Source: a virus
Taxonomy: Duplodnaviria; Caudoviricetes
IMG/VR virus record: IMGVR_UViG_3300015200_000006
Location: 1 to 40,649 of that record
Length of the DNA stretch: 40,649 nucleotides
Reading direction: 5' to 3' (one strand)
Positions 1 to 8,151 of this stretch are shown piece after piece. The notes under the pieces are model-generated. The model saw only the letters and a program-made list of their open reading frames with translations, had not been told where the DNA came from and ran no database searches. The first letter of the stretch is position 1. Every line of letters begins with the position of its first letter. The position numbers were made by a program, and so were the translations under genes.

Positions 1-1
1 G

Positions 2-928
2 CCCCCCGGTGGCGGGCCAAGCAGCATCCCAGGATTTGGTCCGCCGCAGGGCAGGCTGACATTGCTGGCTGGCGCTCCTGTGATGACCACCACGCAGGCA
101 GCAAAGGCGACCATCTATTATTCGCCCTACATCGGCGACAAGGTACCAATCTGGGATGGCACAGTATGGTCGATGGCGACATTCACTGAGCTATCCTGTC
201 TCACCACTGACACCACTAAGAACCCAGCCGCTGTCGGTGCAAGTCAAGTGCATGACTGGTTCGTCTGGAATGACGCTGGCACGCTTCGGCTGGGCCATGG
301 TGCCGCTTGGACGAATGACACGACGAGAGCCCAAGCGATTGGACGCATCAACGGCATTTGGACCAATGGAGCAGCCATCACCAATGGCCCTGCAATTAAT
401 CGCGGCACATGGATAGGAACCACAAGGAGCAACGCCAGCTCGCAGCTTGATTGGATATATGGCACCAGCGCGGTCGGCGGCGGCGCGGCGTTCTTCGGGG
501 TGTGGAACGCTTATAATCGCGTGGATGTTGCGGCGCTTGTCACCGATACAACAGCCAGTTGGTCACCCGCCGCCGGAACTCGACCGCTGAATAACTCAGT
601 GAATAACAGAGTGTCAGCGGTGTTTGGTCTTGCGGAAGATGCGGTGATGACAATCGTCAACGTGACCGCCGTCTCGGCAGGTAGCGACGCTCTTGGCTTC
701 AGCGTAAGCCTCGATGCCACGACGTTGGGTGCTGCTTCTGGTCCGTGGTCTGGATCGATTATTAATTCGAATCCGCGAACCGCTCACCTTGGTTGGGGAC
801 CGGCTGGGCCGGTGTCGGGTTTTCATTTTTGGCAGGCGTGTGAATCTAGCTCTGCGGGCGGAGGATCGACAGTCGTCACGAGTGCGGCAGGAGGTCAGAC
901 CGGGTTGCAATTCCGCGCGAGAATGTAG
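2..928 (+). CDS. Tail fibre / virion accessory protein, 5'-truncated by the window edge
   Basis: Frame is open from base 2 (PPGGGPSSIPGFGPPQGRLTLLAGAPV...). G/A/T/S/W-rich beta-type sequence. Lies directly upstream of fibre paralogs and lysis genes. Confidence 0.7.
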   Translation, partial: PPGGGPSSIPGFGPPQGRLTLLAGAPVMTTTQAAKATIYYSPYIGDKVPIWDGTVWSMATFTELSCLTTDTTKNPAAVGASQVHDWFVWNDAGTLRLGHGAAWTNDTTRAQAIGRINGIWTNGAAITNGPAINRGTWIGTTRSNASSQLDWIYGTSAVGGGAAFFGVWNAYNRVDVAALVTDTTASWSPAAGTRPLNNSVNNRVSAVFGLAEDAVMTIVNVTAVSAGSDALGFSVSLDATTLGAASGPWSGSIINSNPRTAHLGWGPAGPVSGFHFWQACESSSAGGGSTVVTSAAGGQTGLQFRARM

Positions 929-1423
929 ATGCCCATCGACTTTCCAGCCAGCCCAACTGTCGGTCAACAATACACCTATGGTGGTGGTACTTACACATTC
1001 TCTGGAAGCATGTGGCTGGCCAATGCTGGGGTTGTGTCGGAGGTAGCATCCGGTTCTCTGATGATGTTCCAGCAGACAGCAGCCCCGATGGGTTGGGTGA
1101 AGCAAACAGAATACGATGATCGAACTTTGCGCATTGTCAGTGACACAGCAGGCAGGGGCGGGTCGCTTGCGTTCTCAACTCTGTTTACAAGGACCGCTGT
1201 TGACAGCACAACGCTGAGTGTTGCTCAGCTGCCCTATCACGGCCATTCAGTGCCAGCCTATAATTCACCGGCAATAGGTGGCGGCGGAACCTATCTCCAG
1301 CAGTCAGGTGGTTGGGCTGGATCATACGGCATCACCTACGCCACTGGCAGCAGTGGTGCTCATGCTCATGGTCTTGACATGCGAGTTGCCACTGTTGATT
1401 CCATTGTTGCGAGCAAGAGCTGA
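929..1423 (+). CDS. Short tail-fibre-like protein, paralog 1
   Basis: N-terminal MPIDFPASPxVGQxYxYGG module, collar-like FQQTAAPxGWxKQ, HxH motifs (HGH, HAH) and C-terminal DMRV..VD.I.ASK shared with the next two ORFs. Confidence 0.75.
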   Translation: MPIDFPASPTVGQQYTYGGGTYTFSGSMWLANAGVVSEVASGSLMMFQQTAAPMGWVKQTEYDDRTLRIVSDTAGRGGSLAFSTLFTRTAVDSTTLSVAQLPYHGHSVPAYNSPAIGGGGTYLQQSGGWAGSYGITYATGSSGAHAHGLDMRVATVDSIVASKS

Positions 1424-1951
1424 TGCCGATCGACTTTCCAGCAAGTCCATCGGTTGGCCAGACGTATAGTTATGGCGGTGTGACCTACACATACACTGCG
1501 ACTGGTTGGTCAGTAAGTTCTCCCTTTGTTGGCGCTGTTGTTGCGGCTGGCGACCTGATGTTGTTTCAATCCACAGCGGCTCCAGTTGGATGGACGAAGC
1601 AGACTGCACACAATGACAAGGCTCTGCGTCTTGTTGGTGGAGCAGCCGGTAGCTCAGGTTCAATTCCATTCTCTGCGCTATTTGCTCGCACCCAGATTGA
1701 CAACTTTACATTGACGATAACTGAGACACCCAGCCACCTTCACGATCTCCTAAACTATCCATCGACCAGCCCTGGGCCATACGCTTCTTCATCTGGCGGT
1801 GACGTGGGCTCGCGCGCCAACTCGGATTACAATGGTGGAGGCCAAGTTCATGCTCATGGCTTTGATATGCGGGTGCAATATGTGGATGCCATCATAGCGA
1901 GCAAGAACTGATGCCGATCGACTTTCCAGCAAGTCCATCGGTTGGCCAGAC
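1420..1951 (+). repeat. 44-bp exact direct repeat at fibre gene junctions (1420-1463 and 1908-1951)
   Basis: CTGATGCCGATCGACTTTCCAGCAAGTCCATCGGTTGGCCAGAC occurs twice; a diverged third copy starts at 929. Confidence 0.95.
1423..1911 (+). CDS. Short tail-fibre-like protein, paralog 2
   Basis: Same architecture as paralog 1; TGATG stop/start coupling. Confidence 0.75.
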   Translation: MPIDFPASPSVGQTYSYGGVTYTYTATGWSVSSPFVGAVVAAGDLMLFQSTAAPVGWTKQTAHNDKALRLVGGAAGSSGSIPFSALFARTQIDNFTLTITETPSHLHDLLNYPSTSPGPYASSSGGDVGSRANSDYNGGGQVHAHGFDMRVQYVDAIIASKN

Positions 1952-2396
1952 CTATGTGTATGGTGGGGTGACCTATACGTACACAGCGCAGGGAAGGTGG
2001 TCGTCAACCGTTCCTCCAACTGTTTTCCCTGCTGGCAGCTTGGCCCTGTTCCTGCAATCGTCAGCCCCGGCTGGATGGACGAAGCAGGTTGCGCACAACG
2101 ACAAGTCTCTGCGCATAGTGAGTGGAGCAGCAGCCAGTGGCGGGTCGATTCCATTCTCAACATTATTCGCTAGGACCGCTGCTGATATTTCAACGGTGAC
2201 TGTGAGCCAGATGGCTGCACACATTCATCTCATCATGTTCTACCCATCATTGAGTGCTGGTGGTTCTAACACTCAGACCGCTGCTTGGAATGGTGAGTAC
2301 ATTTATATGAGTGCTGCTGGTAGTGATGCCGGGCACACGCACACCATCGACATGCGAGTTCAATATGTCGATGCCATCATAGCGAGTAAAAGCTAA
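1911..2396 (+). CDS. Short tail-fibre-like protein, paralog 3
   Basis: Same architecture (FPAGSLALFLQSSAPAGWTKQ, HIH/HTH); coupled start and stop. Confidence 0.75.
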   Translation: MPIDFPASPSVGQTYVYGGVTYTYTAQGRWSSTVPPTVFPAGSLALFLQSSAPAGWTKQVAHNDKSLRIVSGAAASGGSIPFSTLFARTAADISTVTVSQMAAHIHLIMFYPSLSAGGSNTQTAAWNGEYIYMSAAGSDAGHTHTIDMRVQYVDAIIASKS

Positions 2397-2734
2397 TGGA
2401 ACTGGAGCGCAAAGAGCTTTGTCCGCTGTGGAAAAAGAAATGCATCCAGCTCGACTGCGTCTGGTTCATCAAAGTCGCCGGCACCGATCCTGCGGACAAA
2501 GATCGGCAGATCGAGGAATGGGGCTGCGCGGTCAATTTCCAATTCATGGGATTGCTCGAAGTCGCCAAGCGCGTCAGCGGCGGGCTCGACGGCGTGCAGA
2601 AGGCGACCGAGAGCATGCGCAATGAGGTGGTGAAAACAACATCGCAGACGCTCGACGCGTTGGTGGAAATCGCCCGCCGCGATGCGCTGCAGCTCAATGG
2701 AGGACATCATGCAATTGACCATCGTTCCGAATGA
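2396..2734 (+). CDS. Cys-containing fibre-associated phage protein
   Basis: CPL..KKC..DCVWF...EWGCA and ESMRNE motifs, which I recall in proteins encoded next to phage fibres; TAATG coupling. Confidence 0.6.
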   Translation: MELERKELCPLWKKKCIQLDCVWFIKVAGTDPADKDRQIEEWGCAVNFQFMGLLEVAKRVSGGLDGVQKATESMRNEVVKTTSQTLDALVEIARRDALQLNGGHHAIDHRSE

Positions 2735-2993
2735 GAACCTGGTCGTCATCGATCGGCGTGCCGCTAAGGTGACGCTGTCCGACCGTGCCGATCTCAAGGA
2801 TGTCGAGGCGATCAAATGGGATGACGCCCTCGGTTATGGCTTTATCGAATATGCCAACAAAGGCCCGCGCATTGATGCTCGGTCATTTCGCGGCACCGAT
2901 CGCATCACCGACCTGGCGCCGTATCAATCCATCATCGATGCCCATCGCGAGATCGTGGCGGCCGACGATGCCAAGCACGGAGCGCCCAAATGA
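2709..2993 (+). CDS. Putative tail-fibre assembly protein, paralog A
   Basis: GGAGGA RBS before ATG 2709; MQLTIVP...A.KW...GFIE...APYQ shared with the next ORF. Confidence 0.6.
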   Translation: MQLTIVPNENLVVIDRRAAKVTLSDRADLKDVEAIKWDDALGYGFIEYANKGPRIDARSFRGTDRITDLAPYQSIIDAHREIVAADDAKHGAPK

Positions 2994-3310
2994 GAGCCAC
3001 CATCGTGCCGAGCGACAACGTCGTTGTTGTGGACGGCCGCGCGCTCAAGATCGAGTTGAGCAGCTATGAGCAGCTCAATGGCCTCAATGCCGTGCAGTGG
3101 AATGATCCCGCCGGCTTTATCGAATTCGACAATCGCGATGCGACCGAATTCAAGCCCAACGAGCCGATCGACAGCATCGCGCCGTATCAGGAGATCCTCG
3201 ACGCCTGGCAGGTCGCCGCTGATGCCCAGGACCTGGCGATGACGCAAGCCACCACCTACAGCAACGCGCCCATCATGGGCGGGGACATCAAGGACATCAT
3301 TGGGAGCTAA
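2990..3310 (+). CDS. Putative tail-fibre assembly protein, paralog B
   Basis: MRATIVPSDN...AVQW...GFIE...APYQ; ATGA overlap. Confidence 0.6.
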   Translation: MRATIVPSDNVVVVDGRALKIELSSYEQLNGLNAVQWNDPAGFIEFDNRDATEFKPNEPIDSIAPYQEILDAWQVAADAQDLAMTQATTYSNAPIMGGDIKDIIGS

Positions 3311-3312
3311 CC

Positions 3313-3648
3313 ATGGCCGCCGTCGATCGCATTGCTACTGCACGCAACGAGGAGTTCTCGGCGCGTGTTCTGTTCATCGCCACCAAGGTCGCGCAGGACG
3401 TTGCCAGCGAGGACCCCGGCGCGGCCGATCATGAGGTGCGCGCCAACTACGCCGGGCGCGTCATCCGTGGCACCGACAATCCGAAAATGATCGCCACCCA
3501 TGTCATCTCCTCGAACCCGACCATCGGTGCGGCGATCGACGCCAACCCGCAATTGTTCGGCAGCAACATTCCGGACGGTGACATCGAGTTTGCGCTCGCC
3601 AGCATCTGGACTGCGCGCGCCTATGCGTTCGAGGGCGTCGCCGGGTGA
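3313..3648 (+). CDS. Hypothetical phage protein
   Basis: GGGAG RBS, GC3-rich codons, in operon. Confidence 0.7.
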   Translation: MAAVDRIATARNEEFSARVLFIATKVAQDVASEDPGAADHEVRANYAGRVIRGTDNPKMIATHVISSNPTIGAAIDANPQLFGSNIPDGDIEFALASIWTARAYAFEGVAG

Positions 3649-3774
3649 ACTGCGCGCGCTGCCAGGAAATGCGCCGCCGCGCGCTAGAGGCCTGGCGCAG
3701 CTATGTGCCGCGATCACGTCGACCGAACCCGGTCAAACGTCTGTACGAACAAGCTGCCAATGAAAGGAAATCTG

Positions 3775-4125
3775 ATGCCCGCACTCACCGTCCTGAATGG
3801 CCCGATTATCCCCGCCGGTGAATCGCTCTCGAATGCCGTCGATTGCACCGGCGGCACCATCGTGCGGCTGACCATGCCCGCGACCTGGAACGGCGGCAAC
3901 ATCACGTTCGCCATCTCCAGCGACGGCCAGGGATTCAACGATCTGTTCGACCATGACGGCAACGAGTTCACCATGAAGGTGACCACCGGCGCCGCCATCC
4001 CGCTGGCGTTCGATGGCCTGACCCGCTGCATGGCGCACGTCAAGATCCGCTCGGGCACCCGCAGCGCCCCCGTCATTCAAACTGCGCAGCGCGATTTCGC
4101 CATCGCCATCGAACCGGATGCATAG
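3775..4125 (+). CDS. Hypothetical phage protein (beta-rich)
   Basis: AAAGGAAA RBS before ATG 3775 (MPALTVLNGPIIPAGESLS...). Confidence 0.7.
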   Translation: MPALTVLNGPIIPAGESLSNAVDCTGGTIVRLTMPATWNGGNITFAISSDGQGFNDLFDHDGNEFTMKVTTGAAIPLAFDGLTRCMAHVKIRSGTRSAPVIQTAQRDFAIAIEPDA

Positions 4126-4196
4126 TAAAAAGCGAGGCGTCGCTCCCGTGCCAGGGAACGACGCCTCTTGGAACCAGAAGCAGTAAGGTGCTTCCG

Positions 4197-4787
4197 ATGC
4201 CCAATGCCAAGCCTATCAAAAAACTTCCGCCCATAAAATATCTGAGTGAGTGTTTTACGTACAACCGTCGCACGGGCGCGCTGCGATGGAGGCGACGGCC
4301 GCGCGAGCATTTTGCTGACGATTCGTATTGGAAGCGATGGAATAAAAGATACGCCGGAACGGTTGCTGGCTATCTAAACAAGCGAATTGGTTATTGGGTT
4401 GTCTGCCTTTCGTCTGTCCCATTTTTTGATCGTGCTCGTGTCTCGAAAAATATCTATTACGTGCATCGTATTATCTTCAAGCTGATGACTGGCAAGGAAC
4501 CGCCTGCCACGCTCGACCACATTGAAGGCAATAAGGTAGATCATCGATGGATCAAATTACGAACAGCGACTCAGCAAAATCAAAGATGGAATTCTCGCGG
4601 TTGGGCGAATTCAGTTTCAGGCAAAAAAGGCGTCAGCCTTGACCGCCGTCGCGGAAGATGGCGGGCTCGAATCAAAATCAACGATGTTGAGCAATTTCTT
4701 GGCTACTTTGACACCATTGAAGATGCAGCGCGAGCCTACAAGGTTGCTGCACGCAAACTTCACGGTGAATTCTATCGGGAGGTCTGA
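4197..4787 (+). CDS. Free-standing HNH-AP2 homing endonuclease
   Basis: YYVHRIIF, LDHIEGNKVDHRWIKLR..T..N..WN (HNH) and SGKKGV...WRARI...LGYFDTIEDAARAY (AP2 domain); visibly AT-richer than its neighbours. Confidence 0.9.
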   Translation: MPNAKPIKKLPPIKYLSECFTYNRRTGALRWRRRPREHFADDSYWKRWNKRYAGTVAGYLNKRIGYWVVCLSSVPFFDRARVSKNIYYVHRIIFKLMTGKEPPATLDHIEGNKVDHRWIKLRTATQQNQRWNSRGWANSVSGKKGVSLDRRRGRWRARIKINDVEQFLGYFDTIEDAARAYKVAARKLHGEFYREV

Positions 4788-4790
4788 TCC

Positions 4791-6347
4791 ATGACTTACA
4801 AGAGCTTTGCGATTTCCAGCGGACATGGTCGTTACATCAGAGGGGCCAGTGGCTACTTGGATGAGGTCGATGAGGCGAGGCTGGTGGTGGAGCGTGTCGC
4901 CGAGATGATGGAGAGCGCTGGCGCCACCGTCAAAACGTTCCACGACAATACCAGCCATGACCAGAGCACCAACCTGAACACCATAGTCAATTGGCATAAC
5001 AAGCAGTCGCGCGAGCTGGATGTCTCGGTCCATTTCAATGCGTATCAGACCACGTCGAAACCGATGGGGACTGAGTGCCTGTATGTGACGCAGGAAGCGC
5101 TCGCGAGCACGGTGGCGAAAAAGATTGCCGCGGCGACCGACCTGCCGAACCGCGGCGGCAAGTATCGCAGTGATTTGAAATTCTTGAATTCGACCAACAA
5201 GCCCGCCGTGCTCGTTGAGGTCGTTTTCGTGGATTCGAAGGCGGACGAAACCGCCTATAACGAAAACTTCGATGACGTCTGCAAGGCCATCGCCGAGGCA
5301 CTGACGGGCCAGGCGATTGGGGACATCACGCCGCCGCCAGTCGATCCAGACATACCGATTGAACCGATACCGCCGCCGACAACCGAACGTCCAGTCATCG
5401 GCAAGGGCGATGAGGGCGCCGCCGTCGTCAGCGTTCAGATCAGTCTCGGTGTCAAGCCGGATGGCGATTTCGGTTCGATCACAGATGGAGCTGTGCGCGG
5501 TTACCAAGCAGCAGCTGGGCTCTCGGCTGACGGCATCGTCGGTGCAAAAACCTGGAATGCCCTCGATGCTCTCGATTCGCGCAAGGCCAGCGGCGCGCGA
5601 CTGCCGCAGCAACAGATTGACGACATCGTCGACATCGCAGAGGGGTCAGCCATCGCGCGGTATTCTTGGAGCGACCGCGGTGTGGCGCCCAAAGGTTACA
5701 CCGCCGGAATTGCATTGTGTTTCGCGCTGGCTGCAACACGGCTGCAAGAGGGCAATCCAACCGCGATGACCTTGGCGCAGGCCGACCGCAATGATGCCGC
5801 CGAGGATGCGCTGACCTGGTATCGCGCCGAATTCATTCGCAAGCTCGATACCGACAACTCGGAGGATGGGATCGATACCCTGCGCAGCGTGTTCGTCATG
5901 CTGCTCGGGCTCGGGATGCGGGAGTCATCCGGCCGCTACTGCGAAGGCCGCGATATGAGCGCGAGCAATGTCTCGGCGGATACGGCCGAGGCCGGCATGC
6001 ACCAGACCAGCTACAACATCCGCTCGTTCAACGATCAGATCCCGGTGCTGCTCAAGGCGTATTGGGCCAACCCCAATGGCTTCCTGCCGACGTTCCGTAA
6101 CGGCGTCTCGCCCAAGGGTGATGAGCTGGCCAATTTTGGGTCGGGCGATGGCGCCAAGCATCAATTCTTGAGCAAGTTTGCCCCCGCCTATCATGCCTAT
6201 GTGACGGCGCTCGGCCTGCGATTCGGTCGTCAACATTGGGGGCCTGTGAATCGAAGCGAGGTCGAGATCCGATCCGAGGCCAACGACATGCTGCTTGAGG
6301 TTCAACACTATCTCAGTTCCGATTCAATTGGGCCAGGCATGGTATAG
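4791..6347 (+). CDS. Modular endolysin: Amidase_3 + peptidoglycan-binding domain + possible lysozyme-like C-terminal domain
   Basis: SSGHG, E, SVHFNA and VLVEV zinc-amidase motifs; Pro-rich linker; DGDFGSIT..AVR.YQ...GL.ADGIVG..TW (PG_binding_1); MRESSG...AGMHQ. Confidence 0.9.
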   Translation: MTYKSFAISSGHGRYIRGASGYLDEVDEARLVVERVAEMMESAGATVKTFHDNTSHDQSTNLNTIVNWHNKQSRELDVSVHFNAYQTTSKPMGTECLYVTQEALASTVAKKIAAATDLPNRGGKYRSDLKFLNSTNKPAVLVEVVFVDSKADETAYNENFDDVCKAIAEALTGQAIGDITPPPVDPDIPIEPIPPPTTERPVIGKGDEGAAVVSVQISLGVKPDGDFGSITDGAVRGYQAAAGLSADGIVGAKTWNALDALDSRKASGARLPQQQIDDIVDIAEGSAIARYSWSDRGVAPKGYTAGIALCFALAATRLQEGNPTAMTLAQADRNDAAEDALTWYRAEFIRKLDTDNSEDGIDTLRSVFVMLLGLGMRESSGRYCEGRDMSASNVSADTAEAGMHQTSYNIRSFNDQIPVLLKAYWANPNGFLPTFRNGVSPKGDELANFGSGDGAKHQFLSKFAPAYHAYVTALGLRFGRQHWGPVNRSEVEIRSEANDMLLEVQHYLSSDSIGPGMV

Positions 6348-6352
6348 CAGCG

Positions 6353-6811
6353 ATGACCAACGGCATCACGTCAGAGGTCGGCGAAACGACGCGGTCCTTC
6401 TTTGGGGTGATGGGGGCTAATCCGCTCTCACTGGCATTGGTGGTGGTCGTATTCGCGCTTTCGTTCATGCTGTATTACAGCAGTGCTTCGACTCTCGAAC
6501 AACGTAGCGTGATGGCGAAGATGATCGTCGACTGGCAGCAGGATCAACAGAAGATTTTAGCAGGTTGTGTCAGCGCCGATGTGACCAAGGGCATGATGGA
6601 CAACATGCAAAAGATTACCGAGACGATGTTGGTTTACAACAACGGCGAAATCAAACGGATGCAGGAAGCTCTCGATAAGGAACGAGATCGATCATTCCGG
6701 CTACGGGAGCTGCGGGAGCAAGAGCTTAGGGAACAGATACCGCCCGTGCCACCGCAGCCGAGACAGCAAAGCGATACGTCCAAGCATATTCTTTTCCGAG
6801 TACCAGAATAA
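6353..6811 (+). CDS. Membrane-anchored coiled-coil protein (holin/spanin candidate)
   Basis: Single N-terminal TM (LSLALVVVVFALSFML), helical tail, directly after the endolysin. Confidence 0.55.
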   Translation: MTNGITSEVGETTRSFFGVMGANPLSLALVVVVFALSFMLYYSSASTLEQRSVMAKMIVDWQQDQQKILAGCVSADVTKGMMDNMQKITETMLVYNNGEIKRMQEALDKERDRSFRLRELREQELREQIPPVPPQPRQQSDTSKHILFRVPE

Positions 6812-7261
6812 ATGACCACGGTTCAATTCCAGCTCGGTGGCACCCTCAAATTTCTCGTTGAGTCGGCACCCCGCTCCGGCGCGCGAATGACTATCAGATA
6901 TCGCGGGTTAACCCTCACAGCATGGGGCGATGGCATGGCCTACAAACTCCCGAACGATCATCAGGTCCAGGTTAAGGTTGCTTATGTCGACAGCCACGGC
7001 AACGCGGCGGCTATCGATGGCGATGTTACCTGGAACACCTCGGACGAAAACATCGCCACGGTGCAGACCGACAGCGGCGACACCACCGTGGCGACCGTTG
7101 TTCCAAACGGCCAGGTCGGCCAGGTGCAGGTGACCTGCACCGCGGACGCCGACCTCGGTGAGGGAGTGCGCGAGATCATCACCACCATGGATGTTGACGT
7201 CGTGGCCGGCGAGGCGGTGGCTGGCACCATCACTCCGGTCGGTCCGCCGCAACCGCTGTGA
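6812..7261 (+). CDS. Ig-like domain protein
   Basis: D..GN...G.VTW.TSDENIATV...G...VTCTAD pattern resembles Big_2-type Ig domains; true start may be internal. Confidence 0.6.
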   Translation: MTTVQFQLGGTLKFLVESAPRSGARMTIRYRGLTLTAWGDGMAYKLPNDHQVQVKVAYVDSHGNAAAIDGDVTWNTSDENIATVQTDSGDTTVATVVPNGQVGQVQVTCTADADLGEGVREIITTMDVDVVAGEAVAGTITPVGPPQPL

Positions 7262-7359
7262 TGGCCCGCCAGCCCTGGCGAGCGTTCGCTCATAACGTCG
7301 CGTGGTTCGCGCTCGCCATCGCCATCATCGTGGTCGTGCTGGTGTTACTCGGACGCTAG
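7261..7359 (+). CDS. 32-aa membrane peptide
   Basis: MARQPWRAFAHNVAWFALAIAIIVVVLVLLGR; TGATG coupling; below the ORF-track cutoff. Confidence 0.45.
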   Translation: MARQPWRAFAHNVAWFALAIAIIVVVLVLLGR

Positions 7360-7368
7360 GAGGTTGCC

Positions 7369-7614
7369 ATGGCTTGTTTCAGTCTCTTGTGGGTCCAGCA
7401 GCTCATCATCTGGATCATCGTCATCGCCGCCATCGTCGCCATCATCCGCATCGTGGTGCCGTGGCTGACCGGCATCATGGGCGGCAGCTTGCCGGCGCCG
7501 GTCTGGCAGATCCTCAACATCGTCCTATGGGCGGTGGTCGCCATCGCGGTGGTGATTATCGTGTTCGATCTTATCGCCTGCATTGCCAGCGGGCCGCGAA
7601 TCCTGCCGCGATGA
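7369..7614 (+). CDS. Two-TM membrane protein (holin candidate)
   Basis: AGGAGG RBS; two long hydrophobic segments. Confidence 0.65.
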   Translation: MACFSLLWVQQLIIWIIVIAAIVAIIRIVVPWLTGIMGGSLPAPVWQILNIVLWAVVAIAVVIIVFDLIACIASGPRILPR

Positions 7615-7642
7615 TAGTATGGGAGATTGGAGTCCTCATTTC

Positions 7643-7756
7643 ATGGGGCATCTTTCTCGCGACGCTTGTGTGGCTCTCCTAGCGTTCCTCGGCATCATGC
7701 TGGTGCTCGCGGTGGTGAGCTGGCTCGGTTACGACGCCTGGACCACCAACCCGTAG
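7643..7756 (+). CDS. 37-aa membrane peptide
   Basis: MGHLSRDACVALLAFLGIMLVLAVVSWLGYDAWTTNP; fills a gap in the operon. Confidence 0.4.
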   Translation: MGHLSRDACVALLAFLGIMLVLAVVSWLGYDAWTTNP

Positions 7757-7765
7757 GAGCTGGCC

Positions 7766-7990
7766 ATGACAACGACAGAAGAGATTCTGGAATCGATACA
7801 GGCGCTGGTGGCGCGCAACAGCGAGTTGATCGACACGCTCAAAGAGGCGATGGATGCCGGTGACGAGGCAACGGCCGAGGTGGCGATTAGCGAGCTGGAG
7901 TTGAACAACAACGCCCTGGTCGATGGCGTCAGCCGTCTGACACCGATGGATCCGGTGTCAGACGAGCCGAACGCAACGCAACCAATCTAG
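7766..7990 (+). CDS. Acidic helical hypothetical protein
   Basis: AGGAG RBS, coding-like codon usage. Confidence 0.65.
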   Translation: MTTTEEILESIQALVARNSELIDTLKEAMDAGDEATAEVAISELELNNNALVDGVSRLTPMDPVSDEPNATQPI

Positions 7991-8005
7991 TGGGAAACGT
8001 GTTAT

Positions 8006-8120
8006 AGCCGAGGAGTCATTCCCTCGGACCCCCGCAGTGCGTTGTCCCCCCGACCCTGCACCCCGCCGGAATGACCTGAGCCTCGGCACGCAAACCCTGT
8101 GTGCCGGGGCTGGCTTATTT
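8006..8120 (+). ncRNA. Putative structured RNA or leader with C-rich loops
   Basis: GTCATTCC (8015-8022) pairs with GGAATGAC (8068-8075) around C-rich inner hairpins; followed by stem GCCTCGGCAC/GTGCCGGGGC. Confidence 0.35.
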
Positions 8121-8151
8121 AAGGCGACCATTCAACCAAGGGGGGCGACCA

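Noticed and set aside
929-2396. Diversity-generating retroelement or shufflon acting on the fibres
   Set aside because: No reverse transcriptase or adjacent invertase in the window; repeats are direct; the variable segments are not adenine-specific variants of a template.
4617-5612. Long antisense ORFs (also 13631-14515, 18009-18911, 29608-30411, 33199-34056)
   Set aside because: They shadow well-supported genes on the other strand, as expected with high GC3, and show no motifs.
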